Assembly: GCA_051888155.1 (NCBI GenBank)
Contig: JBJFAY010000153.1
Location: 1-48,176, forward strand
DNA from: Alphaproteobacteria bacterium
GTDB lineage: Bacteria > Pseudomonadota > Alphaproteobacteria > CAAGCB01 > CAG-977
DNA: 48,176 bases
Direction of reading: 5' to 3'
The notes beneath the pieces were generated by a model that saw nothing but the letters and a program-made list of their open reading frames with translations, was not told where the DNA came from and did no database searches. This document shows, piece after piece, positions 1-7,239 of the stretch; position 1 is the first letter of the stretch; every line of letters begins with the position of its first letter. Position numbers and translations under genes: made by a program.

Positions 1-125
1 TGCCCGTCGAACATATACATGACGGGATAACGCTCTTCGGTTTCATAATAATCGTCGGGCAGATAAATATGCAGCCTGCGGTTTTGGCCGGCTGATGAAA
101 ACCAAAAATCTGTTTTTTCAATCAT
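1..125 (-). CDS. Esterase-family alpha/beta hydrolase, N-terminal fragment (gene continues past window start)
   Basis: Reverse-strand ATG at 125..123 opens MIEKTDFWFSSAGQNRRLHIYLPDDYYETEERYPVMYMFDG. The hIYLP..Y...RYPV.YM.DG opening is typical of PF00756-type putative esterases. Absent from the ORF track because it runs off the window. Confidence 0.55.
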   Translation of the reverse strand, partial: MIEKTDFWFSSAGQNRRLHIYLPDDYYETEERYPVMYMFDG

Positions 126-215
126 GGCGCCTGCTTTCATTGTTTTAAAGAAAAGAACAAATTTTATATAGTTCTTTTGCCCGCCGATTGGTAGCCGGAA
201 ACGGAAAAATTTAAT

Positions 216-572
216 TCAGTCCGCCGGCAGAATGCGTTCACAATATTCTTTTAACGCTTCGGCGTTGTTGTGTTCGGCGTCTTTGGACGCGAAAAGCAGA
301 GTGACTTTCGGGTACGAACGAATTTGGCGGATCATCTGGTTCAGCAAAGCTTCATTTTTCTTTAATTCAAGGTTGTAATCGCGTTTAAAAGCCGCCCAGT
401 CGCCGTCCTGATGAAACCGCCGGCGCAGTTGTGCCGACGGCGCCAGATCCTTTGCCCACCAGTCGATGCGCGCTTTTTCTTTGCTGACGCCGCGCGGCCA
501 GATCCGATCCGTCAGAATGCGAAAACCGTCGTTGCCGGCCGGTTCGTAAATTCTTTTGGTTTGAAAAAGCAT
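216..572 (-). CDS. yeaO: DUF488 family protein (YeaO-like)
   Basis: 118-aa ORF. KRIYEPAGNDGFRILTDRIWPRGVSKEKARIDWWAKDLAPS..LRRRFH is collinear with E. coli YeaO as I remember it (KRVYDP...GYRILVDRLWPRGIKK). Ends at TGA at the family-typical length. Confidence 0.8.
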   Translation of the reverse strand: MLFQTKRIYEPAGNDGFRILTDRIWPRGVSKEKARIDWWAKDLAPSAQLRRRFHQDGDWAAFKRDYNLELKKNEALLNQMIRQIRSYPKVTLLFASKDAEHNNAEALKEYCERILPAD

Positions 573-931
573 GACTTTTTCCCGTTTTTTTATTTTCAGT
601 ATATTTTTAACTTATTTTTTTGATGAGTCGTTTCTCCGGCTATATCTGTTGATATATTTTTTCCAAGCATTTTTCGGTCTCCGGAATGTAGCAAAAACGT
701 CATAAAAAAAGTTTGTTTTATACGGGCGACTCTGAGATTTAATACAAAAAAACGAGTGTTTCAGCGCCGTTCGGGGGTGGGAAAAATTTGCCTATTGAAC
801 CGGCGGAAAAGTTGTGCTAGCTTTTTAACAATGGAGTTTACAGACGGCCGAAGCGCCGTTTCCAGAAAACCGGCCCGTTAAGGGTCATTCCCTTAAAGGG
901 CTGTATTTAATCCAAGAAAAGGAGAAATCTC

Positions 932-2638
932 ATGGCTACAGATAAAATTGCTCTTACATCGTCAATGCGTTCCAACCTTTTGAGCTTGAAAAACACTCAA
1001 AAGCTGCTTGATACGACGCAGGATCGTTTGTCCACCGGTTATAAAGTCAACAGCGCGATGGACAATCCTTCTTCGTACTTTACCGCGCAGTCGTTGAATT
1101 CGCGCGCCGACGATCTGTCCAGTCTGTTGGACAGCATCGGCCAGGCTATTTCAACGTTGGAAGTCGCCGATGAAGGCATTACAACTCTGCAGGACTTTGT
1201 CGAACAGGCTAAATCCATTGCGAACAGCGCGCGTGATACCGCGAACATTTCCGCTTCTGTCGAATCAACGATTAAATTCGATTTGGACAATTTAAAATCG
1301 CAGCTGGTTGTCGGAGACGCGATTCCGAACGCGGAAGCCGATGATGAAATGGTGATCCGTTACGGCGACGCGACAAAAATTACCGGTACGGTTAACGTTC
1401 AGGAAGACACGACGCTGGACGGACTGGGAATGGAACTGGCCGACGCCGGTTCTATTTCGGTGGATGGCGTAAAATACAATTTAGTAACGAACGCCACTAA
1501 AAATTCCATGACGAAAGAGATCGGTTCGGCGACGGATTCGTTTAAACTTATCTCGACAGACAGTACGACAAGCTACGTTGTGGCTGACGCCGCCGGTAAT
1601 GAATATACGATCCAAGGCGATGGTTCCTCTGTTGATGGTAAAGCTTTTGTCAAAGGCATTACCATTACGGAAACAGTAACCGAAGACGGCAAAACGACAT
1701 ATTCCGTATCGGGTGCGATTGCAGAAGACACTGCCGCAACGGCTGCGACGGCAAAAATCGGCGAAGCTTCAATTAACGTTGCCGCCGGTTCTACGGTGCA
1801 GCAGTTTGCCACGGTTGTCGAAACAATGATCGGCACCGGTAAATTCAGCGCCACCATCGTTGATGGCAATATGACGTTCGCTACCAAAGACACGACTTCC
1901 GTTGAAGTCAGCGGAGCTGTCGCGGAAGCTTTCGGCATGGATGTCGGTCAGACAATCACATTGACGGCCGACGACACTGCTGAATCCCTTCGTCTGAAAA
2001 TCAATGCCTTAGACGGTATTGTCGCCGAGTTTAATGATAAAGGACGCTTGGTCATCAAATCCGAACAAGGCGACGATATGGTCATTTCCGGTGATTTGGC
2101 CGAAAAATTAGGCGTTTCCGGAGCTGCGACAAACGGTAACAATGAACGTGCGGCTTATGCCAAACAGTTTGATGATGTTTTGACGCAGATTGACCAGTTG
2201 GTTAAAGATACGTCTTACAAAGGTATCAACCTGTTGAACGGCGATGATCTGACGGTTGTGTTTAACGAAAACCGCACCAGCACACTGGAATTGAAAGGCG
2301 TAACTTTTAATGCTCAGGGGCTGGGCTTCACGGTTTCCGAGAACGAATGGAAAGACAACGCCAGCATTGAAAAAGCTTTGGATCAAATTACCAAAGCGAC
2401 CTCCATGTTGCGCGCTCAGGCTTCCGAATTCGGTCAGAACCTGTCAACGGTTCAGATCCGCGAAGACTTTACGCAAAACATGATCAACAACCTGCAGTCC
2501 GGCGCGGACAAACTGACGCTGGCCGACATGAACGAAGAAGCGGCGAATATGCTGGCTCTTCAGACACGTCAGCAGCTGGGCGTCAATTCTTTGTCCATGG
2601 CTTCGCAGGCGTCTCAGAGCGTGTTGCAGTTGTTCTAG
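932..2638 (+). CDS. fliC: Flagellin with long variable central region
   Basis: 568-aa ORF. Conserved flagellin N-terminal helices (LSTGYKVNSAMDNPSSYFTAQSLNSRADDL) and C-terminal helices (LQTRQQLGVNSLSMASQASQSVLQLF). Thr/Ala/Val/Gly-rich middle. AAGGAG RBS 7 nt before the ATG. Confidence 0.9.
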   Translation: MATDKIALTSSMRSNLLSLKNTQKLLDTTQDRLSTGYKVNSAMDNPSSYFTAQSLNSRADDLSSLLDSIGQAISTLEVADEGITTLQDFVEQAKSIANSARDTANISASVESTIKFDLDNLKSQLVVGDAIPNAEADDEMVIRYGDATKITGTVNVQEDTTLDGLGMELADAGSISVDGVKYNLVTNATKNSMTKEIGSATDSFKLISTDSTTSYVVADAAGNEYTIQGDGSSVDGKAFVKGITITETVTEDGKTTYSVSGAIAEDTAATAATAKIGEASINVAAGSTVQQFATVVETMIGTGKFSATIVDGNMTFATKDTTSVEVSGAVAEAFGMDVGQTITLTADDTAESLRLKINALDGIVAEFNDKGRLVIKSEQGDDMVISGDLAEKLGVSGAATNGNNERAAYAKQFDDVLTQIDQLVKDTSYKGINLLNGDDLTVVFNENRTSTLELKGVTFNAQGLGFTVSENEWKDNASIEKALDQITKATSMLRAQASEFGQNLSTVQIREDFTQNMINNLQSGADKLTLADMNEEAANMLALQTRQQLGVNSLSMASQASQSVLQLF

Positions 2639-2660
2639 TCTTAAAGAGCATAAAAACGAT

Positions 2661-2693
2661 AAAGGCGGAGTTATTCTCCGCCTTTATTTTTTT
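2661..2693 (+). terminator. Rho-independent terminator after flagellin
   Basis: aaaggcggag / ttatt / ctccgccttt hairpin followed by a T-run. Confidence 0.8.
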
Positions 2694-2714
2694 GTTTGAT
2701 GCAAAAATAAAAAC

Positions 2715-2765
2715 AACCGAAACTGCGAATACGAAGTGTGAAGCCGTCCATTGTGTCAGGCGGCA
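2715..2765. repeat. 51-nt direct repeat, copy A (upstream of GIY-YIG ORF)
   Basis: aaccgaaactgcgaatacgaagtgtgaagccgtccattgtgtcaggcggca recurs at 3228-3278 with 2 mismatches. Confidence 0.85.
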
Positions 2766-2831
2766 CAATTGCGGAAATTGTTGAAAAGGCCGTGACGCTG
2801 CATTATGCTTCATTTAACGGAGTTATTTAAC

Positions 2832-3152
2832 ATGCCTGCTTATTTTTATATATTGTTTAACAGAAAAAACGGAACGCTTTATGCCGGAGCGACAACAAAC
2901 CTAATACGACGTATTTACGAACATAAACAAAAAAGCGTTGCCGGATTTACAAAAAAGTACGGCATTGATAAATTAGGATATTATGAGATTTTTGACGATT
3001 TAGAGTCCGCTTTTCTTCGAGAAAAACAGATTAAGGCCGGAAATCGGAAACGGAAAATTGATTTAATCGTATCAATGAATCCGCAATGGATTGATTTATA
3101 CGATACATTATTTGAACAACAACAGTTATTTAGTTGGAAACATCTGAATTAA
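2832..3152 (+). CDS. GIY-YIG nuclease family protein (small URI-domain protein)
   Basis: PAYFYILFNRKNGTLYAGATTNLIRRIYEHK is the GIY..YIG..R..EH motif set. GGAG RBS precedes ATG 2832. The track start at 2805 has no RBS. Confidence 0.8.
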   Translation: MPAYFYILFNRKNGTLYAGATTNLIRRIYEHKQKSVAGFTKKYGIDKLGYYEIFDDLESAFLREKQIKAGNRKRKIDLIVSMNPQWIDLYDTLFEQQQLFSWKHLN

Positions 3153-3176
3153 AGTCAGAACAAATAAGCAATCAAT

Positions 3177-3213
3177 GGATTGCCGCGGCCTTGCGGCCTC
3201 GCAATTTCGGAAA
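3177..3213. repeat. REP-like imperfect hairpin element, copy 1
   Basis: ggattgccgcggccttgcggcctcgcaatttcggaaa has an ATTGC..GGCC/GGCC..GCAAT stem. A near copy lies at 3289-3324 and a degenerate inverted copy at about 2766-2800. Confidence 0.6.
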
Positions 3214-3227
3214 AGGGAAGAATAAGA

Positions 3228-3278
3228 AACCGAAACTGCGAACACGAAGTGTGAAGCAGTCCATTGTGTCAGGCGGCA
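3228..3278. repeat. 51-nt direct repeat, copy B (downstream of GIY-YIG ORF)
   Basis: 49 of 51 positions identical to 2715-2765. Confidence 0.85.
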
Positions 3279-3288
3279 GGGAATAAAC

Positions 3289-3324
3289 GGATTGCCGCAG
3301 CTTTCGGCCGTGCAATTTCAGAAA
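3289..3324. repeat. REP-like imperfect hairpin element, copy 2
   Basis: ggattgccgcagctttcggccgtgcaatttcagaaa, similar to 3177-3213. Confidence 0.6.
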
Positions 3325-3401
3325 TAAACGCCCGATCTCTTTTCTTTTGCGGCAAAACGCTATAAAGTATTTTCCCGTAATTAACAAAGGAACGTAATCT
3401 G

Positions 3402-6179
3402 ATGACCGACAGCCTGAAAAACAAAAAAGTCGTTTTAATCGACGGATCGGGGTATATTTACCGCGCATATTATGCTTTGCCGCCGATGACCCGTCTGGAC
3501 GGAAAGCCGGTGAATGCCGTTTACGGTTTTTGTTCCATGATGATGAAGCTGTTAAAGGAAATGCCGGCGGATTATATGGCCGTCGTTTTTGATGCGTCGC
3601 GCAAAACGTTTCGTATAGATATTTTTCCTGATTACAAAGGAACGCGCAAGGAAACGCCCGAAGATTTAATTCCGCAATTTCCTTTGTTGCGTCAGGCCGT
3701 CGACGCTTTTAATCTGGCGCAGGTCGAAATGGAAGGCTTCGAAGCCGACGATCTGCTGGCGACATATTCGCGGCTGGCCGGCGAAAAGGGGGCGGAAGTA
3801 ACGATTGTTTCGGCGGATAAAGATTTAATGCAGTTGGTCGGTTCGGGCGTGACGATTTATGACCCGATGAAACAAAAAAACATTGAAGCGGAACAGGTGA
3901 TCGAAAAATTCGGCGTTACACCGGATAAGGTCATAGATGTGCAGGCTTTGGCTGGCGACTTGTCCGACAACGTGCCGGGCGTGCGCGGCATAGGCATAAA
4001 AACGGCGGCGGCGCTGATTACGGAATACGGCAGTTTGGAAAATCTGCTGGACAACCTGTCGTCAATCAAGCAAAACAAACGCCGCGAAGTTTTAACGGCC
4101 GACGCCGATTTGGCGCGTATTTCAAAGCGCTTGGTGACTTTGGACGCTTTTGCGCCGGTTGAAAAGCCGCTTTCGTCTTTTTTGCTGCGGGCGCCGCAGA
4201 TTGAAAAAATGGAATCTTTTTTTCAGGAAATGGGTTTCAAAAGCCTGTTGGCCAAATTGCCGGTATGGATTGCTTCGGCGGAAGAAAAAAAAGAAGACGT
4301 TTCTTTTCCCGTTATCCGCAAAGTTGAAAAAGAATATAAGTTGATTCAAGACGCATCAGAGCTGGAGAAACAGCTGAAAATCGCCGAAGAAAAAGGCTTT
4401 TTGGCAATAGATACGGAAACGGATTCTTTGTCGGCGGCACAAGCGGAAATGGTCGGTTTTTCTTTTTGCTTTGAAGAAGGAAAATCTTTTTACGTCCCTT
4501 TGCGCCACCGTCCGCGCAATCCGCAGGCCGATCTGTTCGGAGCGCAGGAAGAACAGAAAAAAATCCGCCAGATTCCTTTGGAACAGGCTCTGTCTTTGTT
4601 AAAACCCGTTTTGGAAAACAAAGGCGTTTTAAAGATCGGACATAACATAAAATTTGACTGGCATGTTCTGGCGAATGAATACGGAACGCTGAATTTGGAT
4701 CCGATTGAAGACACAATGGTATTGTCTTATGATTTGGACGGGGCGGCGCATCGCCACAATATGGACGATCTGGCCGCGTTGTTTCTGGATTACCATACGA
4801 TCAAATACCGCGACGTATGCGGTACGGGGCGGGCGAAGATTACTTTTGATAAAGTCGGACTGGAAGAAGCTTTGGATTACGCGGCGGAAGACGCGGACAT
4901 TACTTTACGGCTGTATCATTTTTTTAAAAAGCGGCTGGAAAACGAAAAACTGGTTGCTTTGTATGAAACGATGGATCGTCCGTGCGTTAAAGTGCTGTAT
5001 GATATGGAACGCGCCGGCATTAAGGTCTGTGAAAATGAATTAAAGCAGCTCAGCGCGGAATTCGGGGAAAAGATGTCGGCTTTGGAAAAAAAGATTCATA
5101 AGGCCGCCGGCGAAGAGTTTAATTTAAATTCTCCGATGCAGCTGGGCCGGATTTTGTTTGAAAAGTTGAATCTGCCCAAAGGCGTAAAAAATTCCAAGAC
5201 GGGATCTTGGGGGACGGAAGCGGTCGTTTTGGAAGAATTGGCCGACGACGGTTTTTCAATCGCCCGCGATATTTTGGATTACAGATTATTTATGAAATTA
5301 AAAAGCACGTATACCGACGCGCTGCAAACGCAAATTAATCCGAAAACGCAGCGTGTGCATACAACCTTTATGCAGACGGTTGCTTCAACGGGGCGTTTGT
5401 CTTCCAACGATCCGAACTTGCAGAATATTCCGATCAGGCAAGAAGAGGGACGCGCGATCCGCCGCGCTTTTGTCGCCGCCCCCGGCAATAAACTGCTGTC
5501 CGCCGACTATTCGCAGATTGAACTGCGCTTAATGGCTCATGTCGCCGACGTTAAAGGGCTGAAAGAAGCTTTTGCACAGGGAATAGACATTCACGCCGCA
5601 ACGGCTTCGCAAATTTTCGGCGTTCCCGTCGAAGGCATGGATCCGATGGTTCGCCGTCGCGCAAAAGCGATTAACTTCGGGATTATTTACGGTATTTCCG
5701 CTTTTGGTCTGGCGCGCCAGCTGGGCATAGACAGAAAAGAAGCGCAGGATTATATCAACGCTTATTTTGCCCGTTATCCGGAAATTCGTTCCTATATGGA
5801 AGAAACCGTTTATTTCGCCCGTTCAAACGGATATGTTTTAACGCCTTTCGGTCGGAAATGTTCCGTTGGCAGCATTGACGACAGAAACGCCGCCCGCCGC
5901 CAGTTTGCCGAACGCGCGGCGATTAACGCGCCGATACAGGGCGGAGCGGCCGATATTATTAAAAAGGCGATGCTTCGTTTGACGCCGGCTTTGCAAAAAG
6001 CGGGCTTGTCCGCGAAATTATTGCTGCAAGTGCATGACGAACTGATTTTGGAAATGCCGGAATCCGAAACGGCGGCTGTTGCCGAAGTGGTGAAGAACGT
6101 TATGGAAAACGTCGTTCAGCTGTCCGTTCCTTTGATTGCGGAAGTCGGCGTCGGCGATAATTGGACTGACGCTCATTAA
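3402..6179 (+). CDS. polA: DNA polymerase I
   Basis: 925 aa. N-terminal 5'-nuclease domain (LIDGSGYIYRAYYA), 3'-5' exonuclease block (LAIDTETDSL), and polymerase motifs A (LSADYSQIELRLMAH), B (RRRAKAINFGIIYGIS) and C (LLQVHDELILE). Confidence 0.97.
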   Translation: MTDSLKNKKVVLIDGSGYIYRAYYALPPMTRLDGKPVNAVYGFCSMMMKLLKEMPADYMAVVFDASRKTFRIDIFPDYKGTRKETPEDLIPQFPLLRQAVDAFNLAQVEMEGFEADDLLATYSRLAGEKGAEVTIVSADKDLMQLVGSGVTIYDPMKQKNIEAEQVIEKFGVTPDKVIDVQALAGDLSDNVPGVRGIGIKTAAALITEYGSLENLLDNLSSIKQNKRREVLTADADLARISKRLVTLDAFAPVEKPLSSFLLRAPQIEKMESFFQEMGFKSLLAKLPVWIASAEEKKEDVSFPVIRKVEKEYKLIQDASELEKQLKIAEEKGFLAIDTETDSLSAAQAEMVGFSFCFEEGKSFYVPLRHRPRNPQADLFGAQEEQKKIRQIPLEQALSLLKPVLENKGVLKIGHNIKFDWHVLANEYGTLNLDPIEDTMVLSYDLDGAAHRHNMDDLAALFLDYHTIKYRDVCGTGRAKITFDKVGLEEALDYAAEDADITLRLYHFFKKRLENEKLVALYETMDRPCVKVLYDMERAGIKVCENELKQLSAEFGEKMSALEKKIHKAAGEEFNLNSPMQLGRILFEKLNLPKGVKNSKTGSWGTEAVVLEELADDGFSIARDILDYRLFMKLKSTYTDALQTQINPKTQRVHTTFMQTVASTGRLSSNDPNLQNIPIRQEEGRAIRRAFVAAPGNKLLSADYSQIELRLMAHVADVKGLKEAFAQGIDIHAATASQIFGVPVEGMDPMVRRRAKAINFGIIYGISAFGLARQLGIDRKEAQDYINAYFARYPEIRSYMEETVYFARSNGYVLTPFGRKCSVGSIDDRNAARRQFAERAAINAPIQGGAADIIKKAMLRLTPALQKAGLSAKLLLQVHDELILEMPESETAAVAEVVKNVMENVVQLSVPLIAEVGVGDNWTDAH

Positions 6180-6196
6180 AGACATGAATAAAAAAG

Positions 6197-6225
6197 CGGG
6201 GAAATTTTCCCCCTTTTTTTATTTT
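6197..6225 (+). terminator. Rho-independent terminator after polA
   Basis: gcggggaaattttcccc hairpin followed by tttttttattttt. Confidence 0.7.
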
Positions 6226-6292
6226 TCGGGGAATGTTTGAATTGCCGCAGGCGGTTTAGTTTGCCTTTGCGTAAAATAAAATGAAAAAAGTA

Positions 6293-6321
6293 TTGCCAAT
6301 AGGAACGGGCGGTGTTATATA
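6293..6321 (+). promoter_or_regulatory. Sigma70-type promoter for tRNA-Met
   Basis: TTGCCA (6293-6298), 17-nt spacer, TATATA (6316-6321), about 13 nt upstream of the tRNA 5' end. Confidence 0.5.
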
Positions 6322-6334
6322 AGCTACATCTTAT

Positions 6335-6412
<78 letters not shown>

Positions 6413-6420
6413 TCACTAAA

Positions 6421-6446
6421 AAAGCCACCTTTCAGGTGGCTTTTTT
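6421..6446 (+). terminator. Rho-independent terminator after tRNA-Met
   Basis: GCCACCT / TTC / AGGTGGC followed by TTTTTT. Confidence 0.8.
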
Positions 6447-6488
6447 AGTGATAGAGCGGGAGTTCGGTGAATGAACGTCACAGGTTCA

Positions 6489-6959
6489 TCAGGTACGATG
6501 AAAAGGAACGGTTTCATACATATTGACGACGGTTGTTAATTTGGCGATTATGCCGGCGATTTCTTTGTCCATACAGATATCGTTGTCGGACAGATTTTCC
6601 TGCTGTGTCTGCAGGAAATTTCCCGCCAGCCAGATTCCCCGATACGTTTCAAAGTCGTCCGAAAGGTGGTAAACTTTCATCAGGCTGGCCAAAGCGCTGC
6701 GGAACCGCGGGTACTGCGTTTCAAAATAATTGACCGTCCGCGTCATGATGCGGATATAATCCGGCAGTTCCATTCGCCGTAAAGAATATTGTATCGCATA
6801 GGTGAAATACACCGCGGTAAACAGGCTCCAGTTGTCGAACGTAATGCGTTTGAAGTTGGGATATTTTTCTTTAAATTCGCGTTCAAAGTTAAAATACTGC
6901 GGTAAAATAATGGCGTCGCAAAGAAAATTTATTCCTGTTTTTTTCGGCTTGAAAAACAT
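6489..6959 (-). CDS. Hypothetical protein
   Basis: Track ORF is 6489..6986. The internal ATG at 6959 (MFFKPKKTG...) is preceded by a GGGGGA RBS, while 6986 has none. No family recognised. Confidence 0.55.
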   Translation of the reverse strand: MFFKPKKTGINFLCDAIILPQYFNFEREFKEKYPNFKRITFDNWSLFTAVYFTYAIQYSLRRMELPDYIRIMTRTVNYFETQYPRFRSALASLMKVYHLSDDFETYRGIWLAGNFLQTQQENLSDNDICMDKEIAGIIAKLTTVVNMYETVPFHRT

Positions 6960-7091
6960 TTGTTCCGTCCCCCTTTGATCTTTCATAACGAAAGCCCGCT
7001 TGTGTTAAAGCGGGCGGACGTTACAAGCCGTTCATCGATAAAGACGGCCCGGCGTTTTCGCGCAAAAGCCTTATCGCGCCGGCGTCCGCCC

Positions 7092-7112
7092 GGGGGGGGG
7101 GGGGGGGGGGGG
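7092..7112. repeat. Homopolymeric G tract, 21 nt, intergenic
   Basis: c-G(21)-t counted directly, between the divergent hypothetical gene (6489-6959, minus) and copA (7240, plus). Confidence 0.9.
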
Positions 7113-7239
7113 TCGGTAAAAATCAATTCGGATTAATCAATTCTGCAGCCGGCCTCTGCCTTTTGTACCGCTTGCATAAAAGAAAATATACGCTAAGACT
7201 ATTAAAATACAAAGTCTGTTTGATTCGAGCGGAGGCGGC

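Noticed and set aside
777-792. Possible sigma-54 (-24 GG / -12 GC) promoter upstream of flagellin in ggtGGGaaaaatttGCc.
   Set aside because: The GG-to-GC spacing is at least one nucleotide short of the strict TGGCAC-N5-TTGC geometry, whichever G pair is used. I also found no convincing sigma-28 TAAA-N15-GCCGATAA match.
2583-2813. Track ORFs 2583..2813(-) and 3172..3468(-) flanking the GIY-YIG gene.
   Set aside because: Both are assembled from the 51-nt direct repeats and REP-like hairpins. They share peptide fragments only because of the DNA repeat, overlap a terminator, and have no RBS.
7081-7115. The poly-G tract as a CsoR-type (GC-rich pseudo-palindrome) copper operator for copA.
   Set aside because: The tract is not palindromic (ccc-G21-tc) and is much longer than known CsoR boxes. 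It is kept only as a homopolymer observation.
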